Assembly (NCBI GenBank): GCA_046582655.1
Contig: JAYGDX010000185.1
Location: forward strand, 1 to 64,000
Length of the DNA: 64,000 bases
Origin: Candidatus Poribacteria bacterium
GTDB lineage: Bacteria > Poribacteria > WGA-4E > UBA9662
Direction: 5' to 3'
Positions 11,523 to 21,426 of the stretch are shown here, piece by piece. Below the pieces are notes generated by a model that was given only the letters and a program-made list of their open reading frames with translations, had not been told where the DNA came from and did not search any database. The position numbers and the translations under genes are program-made. The first letter of the stretch is position 1, and each line of letters opens with the position of its first letter.

Positions 11523-12592
11523 CTAAACGATTTCTGTGGGTTCGACCTCTCGCCCCTCTTTGGCAGATAATTGAATAGCACGGCAGAACTGGAGTACAGC
11601 CTTTCCTTCCTCACCTGTCAACATCGATTGTCTTTTTTCGATTATTGCCTCCACAAAGTCATGTACTCCTGCAACAAAGCTAGTTCCCCAATCTGAGTCA
11701 ATATCAGAAAATTCTGTCGTTTCCCCATTGCAATCACTAATGGTGGGCTGTTCAGTAACATTGATGTGCAACGATTAATCCAAATGAAACCGCGGGTGCC
11801 ACTGAGTTCTACCCATTCGTCTTCAGGTCGCCGATATTTGGAGTGCACCAGCATTTCATCGGAGGTTATTACTTCGTAGGAACCGTATTTCTCGGCGTTC
11901 TGGTATTTCCAAATAGCAACCGCTGGGCTGTCGAGGATCCATCCGTGTTGAATGGGTCTATGCGTGATCCAAGAAAAAACCTTTTCCACCGTGCCTAGAT
12001 ACCACATAGCAATCGAAAAAAGATGGTACCCATAATCCAGAATGACCCGACCACCACCACCTTGGTCAGGATCGAATCGCCATGCCCAACGGCGGTAAGG
12101 TATTTCCCAACCATCTCCTCCAGTGCCTTGGACGCATTTGATTCTTATAGAAAGAGGCTCACCAATAGCACCAGAGTCAAGCAACTCTTTGGCTTTAACC
12201 ATGGGCGGGTAGAAGCGGAAATTTCCAAACACACGAAACAACTTCTGTGAGCGTTCTGCTGTCTTGATCAGCTCATGGCACTCACCGATGTTGACTGCCA
12301 TGGGCTTTTGCATGGAGACATGCTTACCTGCCTTTAGGGCAGCTATGCCCATCTCGGCGTGTAAATGATGAGGAGTAATTACTTCTACCGCTTCTATATT
12401 AGGGTCGGTGAGTAACTCTCGGTAATCGGTGTATGTCTTCTCGACCTTCCACTCAGAAGCACGTTTTTGGAGTCGTTCTTCATCTACATCACAGATGGCG
12501 TACAATTCCGCCTTCGGATTATCTTTGTAGCCTGGATAATGTAGATCAGTAATATCGCCTACTCCAATAAAACCTACTCGCAGTTTTCCCAT
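11523..12592 (-). pseudogene. Gfo/Idh/MocA oxidoreductase, frameshifted at ~11730
   Basis: GFIGVG, GKHVSMQKP, LDYGYH; the C-terminus (NGETTEFSDID...SAKEGREV) is in another frame (ORF 11523-11771). Confidence 0.8.
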
Positions 12593-12661
12593 CTACTTTC
12601 CTTTGTAACTATTTTTGAACCTATGTTATATGTGGATGGGTTGGAGTTGTTTGGGATTTTG

Positions 12662-12687
12662 TGCTTGGTATTGGAAAATACCAAGCA
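12662..12687. terminator. 11-bp inverted repeat downstream of the TPP-enzyme gene
   Basis: TGCTTGGTATT-GGAA-AATACCAAGCA; no clear U tract. Confidence 0.4.
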
Positions 12688-12807
12688 TAACACCTAATCT
12701 GCAATGTTACTGTTCAGAATACAATCTAATTGGTACAGAGGTATTGGCGATTATTGCTGGAACCTAATTCACTATTTCAGCTAAATACGATGCAGCACTT
12801 TGGTACG

Positions 12808-14514
12808 TTATTGATTTCTAGATTGGTGTAGTAACCGTGGTGCTGGTTCCATGATAGGCAAAGGTAGTTGCAAAGGTATTTCAATGATCGTAGTTTGGTT
12901 TGATTCTATTGCCTTAGTAATTGTCAAGTCTAGTTGATCAATAGATTCAACCCGTTGGCTGTCAACGCCAAAAGCTCGAGCCAACATCATGAAATCGGGG
13001 TTTACTAAATCAACAGCGTTTGTTCGTCCGTAACGTTTCTCCTGTTGTGGTTTCAGCACACCATACGCACTATCGTTGAAGAGGAGTACTACAATCGGTA
13101 CACCGAACTGCACTGCAATAGCTAGTTCTTGGCAGTTGAATAGAAATCCTCCATCACCAGATAGGAGCACAACAGGTTGATCTGGCTGTGCCAATTTGGC
13201 ACCAATTGCTGCTGGCACACCAAAACCGAGCGTGCAAAAACCCCATGGATACACATATGTGCGTGGCTGGTACAGGTCAAGCAGTCGTCGACACCAATAG
13301 GCGGCAATGGTCAAATCACTAACAATAATTGTTTCGCGCGGCAGAGCCGTGCGGAGCCTTTGCACCAGTTCTACGCCTTTTGGTGCAAGCTGGCAGCAAT
13401 CTTGAAGAATGCGTTTTTTCAGTTTATCAACTTCCATAGATCGATCGGCACTGTTCTGCAGTGGCATAGATTCTAATAACTGGTTAAGTTGTCGCAGAGA
13501 TTGTCTGGCATCTCCCACAATGCCAACTGTTGCTGGATAATTGCGGTTGATTTCGTTTGGATCTATGTCAATGTAGATTAATGACTCTGGTAAGCGGAGT
13601 CTCCACCCATTAGTTTCTTCTTCAGTGAATCTTGTCCCGATGGCGACCATGACATCACAAGCTGCGAAGAATTCGTTTGAGTTCAGGGCGCCAATAGGGT
13701 CAGGAACTGAGTTTCCCGCTAGATACTCACAGGAAGCGGGATGCAGGATTGAGCTGCCTGCTGCCAAAGGATGCTCATCCGAAATTGCACCTTCACCCAA
13801 GATAGTGGTGAAGACTGGTGCCTGGATTCGTTCAGCTAATTGCAACAGCTCGTCACTTGCTTCACTGACAATTACGCCTCCTCCTACCCAAATGACCGGG
13901 TGTTGAGCTTTGGAAATCAACTGAACAGCTTGGTAGATCTGTTCAGGATGAGGTTCCGGACGAGTGACTGTAGCTGGTTCTAAAATCTCAACGTCGTCAC
14001 TTGCATCCAGAACATCGCAGGGGATTTCAATGGCTACAGGACCGGGGCGTCCACTCTGCATTTGCATGAAAGCTTCCTTCATCACGCGAGGAATCGAAGA
14101 CACCGTATTGGCACGGCCAGACCACTTAGTTACCGGACGAAGGCAGCCTAGTTGGTCACGACATTCATGCAAATATCCTTTATTCAAGCCAATCCCTGCA
14201 ACCGGAATCTGACTGGCAATGCAGAGTACAGGGGATGAGTCGCTGAGTGCTGTTCCGAGCGATGCAAGGGTGTTGAGGGTAGCAGGTCCAGTAGTACATA
14301 TACAGATACCAGCTAACCCGCTGATGCGAGCGTAACCATCGGCCATGAATGCAGCACCTTGCTCGTGACGTGCAACAATATGCTTGATATCGGTTGCGTC
14401 AAGCAAAGCATCGTATATAGCCAGATTATGAGCACCCGGAATTCCAAACACAGTGCTGACGTTATATGTTGACAAAGAACGAACAACGGCTTCCCCACCA
14501 GTCATCCGTGGCAT
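12808..14514 (-). CDS. Thiamine pyrophosphate-dependent enzyme (acetolactate synthase-like superfamily)
   Basis: RHEQGAAFMADGYAR and the GDGG...NDSAYG TPP-binding motif. Confidence 0.9.
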   Translation of the reverse strand: MPRMTGGEAVVRSLSTYNVSTVFGIPGAHNLAIYDALLDATDIKHIVARHEQGAAFMADGYARISGLAGICICTTGPATLNTLASLGTALSDSSPVLCIASQIPVAGIGLNKGYLHECRDQLGCLRPVTKWSGRANTVSSIPRVMKEAFMQMQSGRPGPVAIEIPCDVLDASDDVEILEPATVTRPEPHPEQIYQAVQLISKAQHPVIWVGGGVIVSEASDELLQLAERIQAPVFTTILGEGAISDEHPLAAGSSILHPASCEYLAGNSVPDPIGALNSNEFFAACDVMVAIGTRFTEEETNGWRLRLPESLIYIDIDPNEINRNYPATVGIVGDARQSLRQLNQLLESMPLQNSADRSMEVDKLKKRILQDCCQLAPKGVELVQRLRTALPRETIIVSDLTIAAYWCRRLLDLYQPRTYVYPWGFCTLGFGVPAAIGAKLAQPDQPVVLLSGDGGFLFNCQELAIAVQFGVPIVVLLFNDSAYGVLKPQQEKRYGRTNAVDLVNPDFMMLARAFGVDSQRVESIDQLDLTITKAIESNQTTIIEIPLQLPLPIMEPAPRLLHQSRNQ

Positions 14515-14639
14515 TTAAGTCTCCTTCTTTTTACTTTTACTGATAAATATTATATTCGATAAAAGCATATAATACAGTTGGGCAAAAGTGTATGAAGTAA
14601 TTGTTCGAATGTTGCTTATACATTTGCTGCTGATTCTTG

Positions 14640-14835
14640 GCTACGTCCGCCCATCCTAGTAGATAGTTTGGTCCCTCTGCAGATGGACACCAGTTTCCTG
14701 AAACCCTAAATCTATCCATCATATCAGACGTCCAGCCATGTCATAGATGGTCAGGCTGACCTCTGAATCCTGACTCAGATCAAATGGTATATAGGTTTCA
14801 GGATTTCAGGGACTGGGGAGTTTTGTAACAGTTGC
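14640..14835 (-). pseudogene. Remnant of an 'NPFNPET' C-terminal domain like that of the 43013-45847 protein
   Basis: QLLQNSP / NPETYIPFDLSQDSEVSLTIYDMAGRLI*WIDLGFQETG...IY*DGRT with stops and indels. Confidence 0.7.
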
Positions 14836-14870
14836 ATCTTTTGTAGCCGTTTCTTTCGCCAAAAAATCTC

Positions 14871-15713
14871 TTATAGTGTGTTAAGTCGTGCCGTATCGGT
14901 TTCAGAGAGTTCAAAGTCAAAGATCTCCATATTTTCACGCAGGTGATCTTGAGAACTGGACCTTGGAATCACAGTTACGCCTTGCTCTATGATCCATCTA
15001 AGGGCTACTTGTGCCGGCGTTTTACCATAATTTTGTGCAATTGCAGTCAGGGTTGGATGTGTGAGAATACCACCGCCTGCTGGACACCAGCCAGATGCAA
15101 GTGGACAATATGCTGTCATCACAACGTTTGATTTTAAACAGAAATCGACCAGGGTTTGTGATACGTTTTCACTACAGTTCCGATCACTTAGATGAAAATG
15201 AACTTGATTAACTGTAATAGGCACCGCCGAGATTTCTTGTGCTTGTTTTATTAGATCTATACCGTAATTACTGACGCCGATGTGTTTGACCTTGCCCACT
15301 CTGTGAATCTCGTTAAAAGCTGCTAGCGTTTCCTCAAGTGGAACCACGTTTTCTGGACCTTTGGCACTCCTCACATTTGCATTGCAAGGCCAATGTGTAA
15401 GTAGCAGATCAATATAATCCATCTGTAACTGATCCAAGATTTCGTTGCATTGTCTCAGTGCTTTCTCGTAACTAAGATAATCTCGCCAAACCTTGGAGGT
15501 AATAAATAGATCTTCGCGCTGAATTCCGGTCTGCTTTATGGCCGTTGCAATCGCTGGTTGATTTCTGTACGCCCATGCGCTATCAATGTGTCGATAGCCA
15601 ATTTCGAGTGCCCACTTGGTTGCCTGTTCGCATTTATCACCTTGTAATCCTGCAGTTCCAAGGCCAATCATTGGGATGTCGCCACCGTCAGATAATTTTT
15701 CATGCGTCATCAT
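14871..15713 (-). CDS. Aldo/keto reductase (2,5-DKG reductase-like)
   Basis: GYRHIDSAWAY, FITSKVW, DLLLTHWP, IGVSN, AQVALRW; GGAGGA RBS before ATG 15713. Confidence 0.9.
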   Translation of the reverse strand: MMTHEKLSDGGDIPMIGLGTAGLQGDKCEQATKWALEIGYRHIDSAWAYRNQPAIATAIKQTGIQREDLFITSKVWRDYLSYEKALRQCNEILDQLQMDYIDLLLTHWPCNANVRSAKGPENVVPLEETLAAFNEIHRVGKVKHIGVSNYGIDLIKQAQEISAVPITVNQVHFHLSDRNCSENVSQTLVDFCLKSNVVMTAYCPLASGWCPAGGGILTHPTLTAIAQNYGKTPAQVALRWIIEQGVTVIPRSSSQDHLRENMEIFDFELSETDTARLNTL

Positions 15714-15884
15714 GTTATCCTCCAGATTTGGGGTTGAACTTAACATGAATCTTAGGTTCGGACAAGCTATTAATTCTCAAACAATAGCAGCGACTCGGTA
15801 GTCTTGTATAATCGTGGCTGAGATTATTAGTAGGTTTGAATTATGTCTGGTAGTCCAAAAATTTGTAAATTTCAAGCTCAGTCC

Positions 15885-15913
15885 TTTACACACAACATAG
15901 TTCTTGGTACAAT
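15885..15913 (+). promoter_or_regulatory. Putative sigma70 promoter
   Basis: TTTACA-17 nt-TACAAT with extended -10 TG. Confidence 0.55.
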
Positions 15914-15989
15914 GATCCATTGATAAACGGCCTGTTGAGTTTATCAAAAGGTAAAATGGTTAAACTTAATTTTTCATAGAGGCGAACTG

Positions 15990-16808
15990 CTGGCTTTCCA
16001 ATTCAGTGATTGGATGATCGATGAGTACTTGGCAGAAGGATATTTAATTCTTCGAGGCATCGTTCCGCCATCCTTACTTGGAGATCTGCGTATCGAAGCC
16101 AAAAAAGCGCGTGATTTGGCGCATCAACTCAAGGGGGCACAGACGCAGCGGATTCAACCTCTCTCCGACTATGCCGGCGATTTGAACTTGAAGCCGTTTT
16201 ACGACTATATTGAGTTGCCAGAACTGCAAGACACAATTGAAAGGCTCCTCGGAAAAAACTATACACATGGGCACATAGATATCATGGGGTTACTGGTTGA
16301 ACCACTGGAACATCCTTGGCACATTGGTTGGCATCGTGATGGGGTGGTTGAAGTGCCGCCTGAAGCGTACGACGAAATTGTCAAAGCCAAACTGGCAGAA
16401 GTATGGCACGACCTAAGGCATTACAACCAAGTTAACTGTGCCATTTACGCCGAATCGTGTACTTGGTTTGTTCCAAGAAGCCATTTGAGACAGTGGGATC
16501 TACCAGGTGAACAACAGACAACAGGTGGGCCAATCTTAAGAGGGCCAATAGAAGGGATGTCGAATGTGGAAGCAGAACGCTATTATCTTGATCATTGCCA
16601 GCAATTCCCTGGAGCAGTGCAGGTTCATCTTGGAGCGGGGGATTTTATGATCTACCGAAATTTTGGTTGGCATACAGGCAACTATGTCACTTACCAACCT
16701 CGTGCTACTATTCATGACATCGTACGTTACGAGGGTGAAAAAAGTTGGATTGGTTGGCAACAAGTCAAACAGGAAGCAATGAAGAGACTGAAAGAGGAAA
16801 CGAGCTAA
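15990..16808 (+). CDS. PhyH-family dioxygenase (start CTG 15990 or ATG 16014)
   Basis: EYLAEGYLILRG, WHRD (HxD), FVPRSH and distal GWHTG. Confidence 0.8.
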   Translation: MAFQFSDWMIDEYLAEGYLILRGIVPPSLLGDLRIEAKKARDLAHQLKGAQTQRIQPLSDYAGDLNLKPFYDYIELPELQDTIERLLGKNYTHGHIDIMGLLVEPLEHPWHIGWHRDGVVEVPPEAYDEIVKAKLAEVWHDLRHYNQVNCAIYAESCTWFVPRSHLRQWDLPGEQQTTGGPILRGPIEGMSNVEAERYYLDHCQQFPGAVQVHLGAGDFMIYRNFGWHTGNYVTYQPRATIHDIVRYEGEKSWIGWQQVKQEAMKRLKEETS

Positions 16809-16830
16809 ATCCTGCGTTAAGAAAATCGCA

Positions 16831-18003
16831 ATGAAGTTAGAAACTGTTAGAGTAGGTATGGTTGGGCTTGGTTTGGCAGCCAATTCGCATTTCAAGGGGT
16901 ACGTCTCGCATCCGGATGCCGAGGTGGTTGCTGTTTGTGATACGGATATTGAGAACGCAGGCGATTTTGCCAAGGAACACGGTATCCAGAAAATATATAC
17001 CGATTATGAGGCGATGGTTCAAGATGAGGAAATAAACACTGTTGACATTGCCACACCAACTTTTTTACATGTTCCGATGACTATAAGTGCTGCCGAAGCG
17101 GGAAAACATATCCATTGCGAGAAGCCGTTCTGCCGCAGCGTGAGCGAAGGTGAGAGTGCTTGTCAAGCGGTGCGTCGATCGAACGTGAAGTTGATGGTTG
17201 GTGAGACCTATATCTTCATCGCTTCACACATGAAGGCACGGGAATTGATCGAAGCAGGTGAAATCGGTCGGCCACTGCAGATACGTCAGCGGCACGGTCC
17301 TTGGTTGCGACGAAATCGGCGATCTGATCGCAAGCCTCCCTCCAACAGAAATTGGCGTATGAGCGCCGAAAAATCCGGTGGAGGTGACTACCCATGGATT
17401 TTTGATCATGCCGTTCATTTTTTCGCCACCGCCGAATATTTTATGCAAGACATGAAAATCACTGAGGTCTATGCCTTGACGGGGACCTGTCAACCGGCAC
17501 AGGGGCAGCGACTTCATAACACCTACTCAGTCCCTGAGGTTGATATACCCATTATCACCTGGAAATATGAAGATACCGATTGTCAAGGTGTATGGATGCG
17601 CGCTGAGGGACTCAACGGCAAGTATGACTATGTGCACGGCTTCAGCACGACAATTATTGGTGAATGCGGCATGATCGAAGTTCTAGGTGAAGGCGGCCAC
17701 AACCTGATCTGGGAAAATCGGCAACAACACCTTATTCTCCATCGGCAGGATAGGGATACGCATTGCTTCCGTTTTGATCAGGGCGGTGATGATGTTTGGC
17801 AATCGGATATCTGCTATTATAGTCAGGGGCATATTAATCAAGTGTACCACCTTATCGACAGTATTCTCAATGATACCAAGCCTCGATATAATGATGAGGA
17901 TGGTGTTCGTGCAGTAGCCTGCACTTTGGCGACAATCCAGTCAGCGCAAGAAGGGCGGTCGGTATCTGTTGAGGAAATTGAGCCGGACTACACGGCTTAC
18001 TAA
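16831..18003 (+). CDS. Gfo/Idh/MocA oxidoreductase
   Basis: GMVGLG, AGKHIHCEKP, FDHAVH. Confidence 0.9.
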   Translation: MKLETVRVGMVGLGLAANSHFKGYVSHPDAEVVAVCDTDIENAGDFAKEHGIQKIYTDYEAMVQDEEINTVDIATPTFLHVPMTISAAEAGKHIHCEKPFCRSVSEGESACQAVRRSNVKLMVGETYIFIASHMKARELIEAGEIGRPLQIRQRHGPWLRRNRRSDRKPPSNRNWRMSAEKSGGGDYPWIFDHAVHFFATAEYFMQDMKITEVYALTGTCQPAQGQRLHNTYSVPEVDIPIITWKYEDTDCQGVWMRAEGLNGKYDYVHGFSTTIIGECGMIEVLGEGGHNLIWENRQQHLILHRQDRDTHCFRFDQGGDDVWQSDICYYSQGHINQVYHLIDSILNDTKPRYNDEDGVRAVACTLATIQSAQEGRSVSVEEIEPDYTAY

Positions 18004-18022
18004 TAAATAATTGCAGACGTGC

Positions 18023-18245
18023 ACTGTTTACGCTTGTTCTCAAAGGGAATGGCGGGTATGTATTAGGTACGAGGAATAAAATAGGGCACTACTAGCCTTG
18101 GTAGTGGTAGGTACCAGCTCGGCAAATCACATCGTGCAGATAAACACCGCTGTTTACGTAATCAAATGAACCTATGGCATGACTTGTAGGTAAAAAGGTG
18201 TTGGTACCATGATCAGCATGATAACCTTCGCCAAGAATGTTCAGT
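18023..18245 (-). repeat. Inverted, internally deleted partial copy of the PhyH gene at 9771-10718
   Basis: Reverse complement of 18135-18228 is identical to 10171-10264; reverse complement of ~18023-18127 is a diverged match to ~10379-10482. Confidence 0.9.
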
Positions 18246-18282
18246 GAAATTGGTATAATGCTAATATGAGGCTATTCCCGTA

Positions 18283-18999
18283 TCACATTGGACGTTTGAA
18301 GTAGTCTTCCCATTTTCCCGTTGGTTCAAACCCGAGGATCTGCCTTGCTTTTTCCACGCTGTATTTTCCATGCCCCTCGTAACTGAGCATATTGAAATCC
18401 TGAAAATTGTCGGGCACAGATTCAATTTCGAGTGCCAGTCGGCAAGCTAACTGGAGATCTTCCCAGACAACCGTGAACGGAGGAAAGTCTTGCTCGGTCA
18501 CTTTTTCAGTTGGTCGAGGTCCAAGACCGTTAAAGACAAATGAGATGGTTTGAATATCGTACGCTCGGGCATAAGTACGACAGATTTCCATGGCCAAGAA
18601 TTTGGTAATTCCATAATATCCTGTTCCAGGTGAACGGGGCACATCGACAATGTCGAAATCTTGGTCATAGGCATTGCGAATGGATTGCGGCCCAGTATGA
18701 ATGACTTTTTTGATTCCAAGCTCGGACGCCGCTTTCATGACATGCCAAGCACCGAGTGTGTTGACATGGAAACTTTGATCCGGATCGTCTCGAATTACTG
18801 TAAAATTCATAATTGCATCCATACTTTGTGCAACATCGTAGACCTGCTGGTATGAGGTGATATCGACATTGATAATTGGTTTGTTGTCTGGATGAGCAAC
18901 AATATCAGTTAAACAGAGATCATAGTATGGATCTAGCCCTGGCAACAAGTAGGGAGCAATGTTACCGGAGGCACCCAGCATTAACACTCTCTTTTTCAT
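18283..18999 (-). CDS. NAD-dependent epimerase/dehydratase (uronate dehydrogenase-like)
   Basis: LGASGNIA and YGITK (YxxxK). Confidence 0.8.
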   Translation of the reverse strand: MKKRVLMLGASGNIAPYLLPGLDPYYDLCLTDIVAHPDNKPIINVDITSYQQVYDVAQSMDAIMNFTVIRDDPDQSFHVNTLGAWHVMKAASELGIKKVIHTGPQSIRNAYDQDFDIVDVPRSPGTGYYGITKFLAMEICRTYARAYDIQTISFVFNGLGPRPTEKVTEQDFPPFTVVWEDLQLACRLALEIESVPDNFQDFNMLSYEGHGKYSVEKARQILGFEPTGKWEDYFKRPM

Positions 19000-19011
19000 G
19001 GAATCCTCTTT

Positions 19012-19752
19012 TCAATTTTGGAAATTATGCTGCGGTTGATATCCGATTTGACCTGCTTGAGAAATCAGGAACTTGGGGTTCTCAAGCGGTGCGCAGATGT
19101 GATAGACAGCCCAGCGTTGTGTCCACTGGACAGATGAACTTTGATCACGTCTCAGAGCTCCTTGAAAAGCCTGAGCAGCATCCCGAAAATCAAGCCACAT
19201 CAGATCAAGATCCTGATCAGCAACATCTTCTTCCAATACTAGTTTACCCAGACGCAGTGATGTAACTGTGACCATATACGTTCGGGCGAACTCTCGGCAG
19301 GTAAGCTCCCCTAAATAGCGAGTCATTTGATGAATTTCTGGTGTCGGCAACGGTTTATAAAATTCGCTGATATAGATGTCGTCGGGATAGCTGCCGAAAA
19401 TTTCAAGCGTACTACCGTAAATGAAGCGTTTGACTCCGGCTTCAACTGCGGCTTTGAAAAGTACGTGCGTACCTCGTGTGGCGAGATCCAGAAGCATCTG
19501 CCCACGTTTAAGTGGATCTTGGGGTAGACTTTGGGGCGGTTCGCCAGTATGGATTAGGACATCAATGCTCTGTATTGCTTCATTGGCTATCTTGGGATCA
19601 ACTATACTTCCTGGAATAAACTCAAGGTTTTCATGTTTGATGTCTGGCATAGTGCTGTCTAAAAGGCGAAGTTGATGATTGGAAACTAACTCAGCGATAA
19701 TTTGCTGACCAAGTTGACTGGCCGCACCTGTAATTAAGACATTCATTACCAA
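19012..19752 (-). CDS. NAD-dependent epimerase/dehydratase family protein, atypical catalytic motif
   Basis: ITGAASQLG, GVKRFIYGST, SLRLG; HQMTR in place of YxxxK. Confidence 0.75.
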   Translation of the reverse strand: MVMNVLITGAASQLGQQIIAELVSNHQLRLLDSTMPDIKHENLEFIPGSIVDPKIANEAIQSIDVLIHTGEPPQSLPQDPLKRGQMLLDLATRGTHVLFKAAVEAGVKRFIYGSTLEIFGSYPDDIYISEFYKPLPTPEIHQMTRYLGELTCREFARTYMVTVTSLRLGKLVLEEDVADQDLDLMWLDFRDAAQAFQGALRRDQSSSVQWTQRWAVYHICAPLENPKFLISQAGQIGYQPQHNFQN

Positions 19753-20047
19753 CTCCCTTCGAATGCTAAAGTATCAACTATACTGCTGATTTTATGATGA
19801 GTCATATTTTTCCTTAAATGTAAAGAGGCATTTGAAGTCTTTTTATAGCTACTAACTGAATTATTAATAGTGGATCAAAACCAAGATTGATAATTGATTG
19901 CTGAGGAACCAATATATCAAGGTAAAAGGTGAACAATGACACATAACAACAATCAATAAATGCCGATAATTTTCATCCTACCGGTCGTTGTCCGTGATGT
20001 TCTCCACTCAAACATTATGTGCTGGAGATATCCATGGAGAATTTGAC

Positions 20048-20077
20048 TTGAAACGTACCAAAAAGCTATGCTACAAT
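20048..20077 (+). promoter_or_regulatory. Putative sigma70 promoter of glyA-folC
   Basis: TTGAAA-18 nt-TACAAT with extended -10 TG. Confidence 0.45.
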
Positions 20078-20157
20078 CAGTTCCTCTATCAGTAATAAAA
20101 CCTTATTATATACAATACGCATGCTTGAATACACGCAAGTGTTACAGTGAAAATCGA

Positions 20158-21414
20158 ATGAATAGTTCACTTCAGGAATTTGATCCTCAGGTTTTTGAAA
20201 TTGCGAATGAGGATCTTATCCGGCAACAGGACACCTTAACGCTGATTCCATCTGAGAATTATGCTAGCAAGGCAGTTATGCAGGCACAGGCGACAGTTTT
20301 AGCTAATAAATACGCTGAAGGTTATCCTTATCAGCGATATTATAATGGTTGCTTACCTTGTGACAAAATCGAGGCTTTGGCTATTGAGCGGGCAAAAGCT
20401 CTTTTCAACGCCGAACATGTTAATGTTCAACCACACGCAGGCACACAAGCAAATATGGCTATTTATCAGGCTTTACTGAAGCCTGGTGATACCATTCTGA
20501 GTATGAAGCTTGATCACGGTGGTCACCTGTCTCATGGTCTTCCACAAAATTTTTCTGGTTACTATTACAATATCATTCATTACGGAGTTAGTCCGGATAC
20601 CGAACTTATAGATCTTGATTATGTTGCTGATTTGGCCAAAGAGCACCAACCTGAGATGGTTGTTGTTGGTGCCAGTGCATATCCCAGATTACTGGATTTT
20701 TCGGAGTGGCGAAAGATTGCGGATTCGGTTGATGCGTATCTTTTTGCTGATATTTCTCACATTGCGGGACTGGTGGCAGGGAAAGTTCATCCTGATCCAA
20801 TACCTTATAGCCATGTGGTCTCTACTACTACCCACAAGACGCTACGTGGTCCTCGCGGTGCAATCATCATGTGCAAAAGTGAATATGCAGGAGATATAGA
20901 TCGGACCGTTTTTCCCGGCCTACAAGGTGGACCATTCATGCACGCCATTTTGGCAAGAGCTGTTGCTTTCAAAGAAGCCCTTCAACCCGGGTTCGGAGAA
21001 TACCAAGCACAGATTATAAGGAACGCAAAAACACTGGCAGATCAATTGATGAAAAATGGTTTTCGACTGGTGAGTGGAGGCACTGATAATCATTTGATGC
21101 TTATTGACCTAACCTCAATTACTGATAAGCTGAGCGGACGGCAAGCAGCGAACTACCTTGAAGAAGCTGGTATCACTGTCAACAAGAATACAATTCCATT
21201 TGATAAGAGATCTGCCAACAGCACAAGCGGTATTCGATTAGGCACGCCGATGATTACCTCACGTGGGATGAAAGAAACTGAAATGATTGTCATTGCTGAC
21301 CTGATAAGTGAAGCTATTAAACAACGTAAAAAAGCTAGTTCGAGGAAACGCATTCGTGAAAAGGTCCGAGAACTCTGTCAGGCATTTCCCATTTATGAGG
21401 ATCTTAATCTCTAA
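20158..21414 (+). CDS. glyA: Serine hydroxymethyltransferase
   Basis: [34 protein letters not shown] (PLP Lys), SGIRLGTP; likely start ATG 20158. Confidence 0.97.
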   Translation: MNSSLQEFDPQVFEIANEDLIRQQDTLTLIPSENYASKAVMQAQATVLANKYAEGYPYQRYYNGCLPCDKIEALAIERAKALFNAEHVNVQPHAGTQANMAIYQALLKPGDTILSMKLDHGGHLSHGLPQNFSGYYYNIIHYGVSPDTELIDLDYVADLAKEHQPEMVVVGASAYPRLLDFSEWRKIADSVDAYLFADISHIAGLVAGKVHPDPIPYSHVVSTTTHKTLRGPRGAIIMCKSEYAGDIDRTVFPGLQGGPFMHAILARAVAFKEALQPGFGEYQAQIIRNAKTLADQLMKNGFRLVSGGTDNHLMLIDLTSITDKLSGRQAANYLEEAGITVNKNTIPFDKRSANSTSGIRLGTPMITSRGMKETEMIVIADLISEAIKQRKKASSRKRIREKVRELCQAFPIYEDLNL

Positions 21415-21426
21415 TTTTTACTGAGC

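Noticed and set aside
18023..18245. Diversity-generating retroelement template/variable repeat pair with the PhyH gene
   Set aside because: Mismatches are not adenine-specific, there are indels, and no reverse transcriptase is in the window.
19753..20157. Folate- or purine-related riboswitch upstream of glyA
   Set aside because: AT-rich, without the conserved elements I could recognise; only a promoter-like motif is supported.
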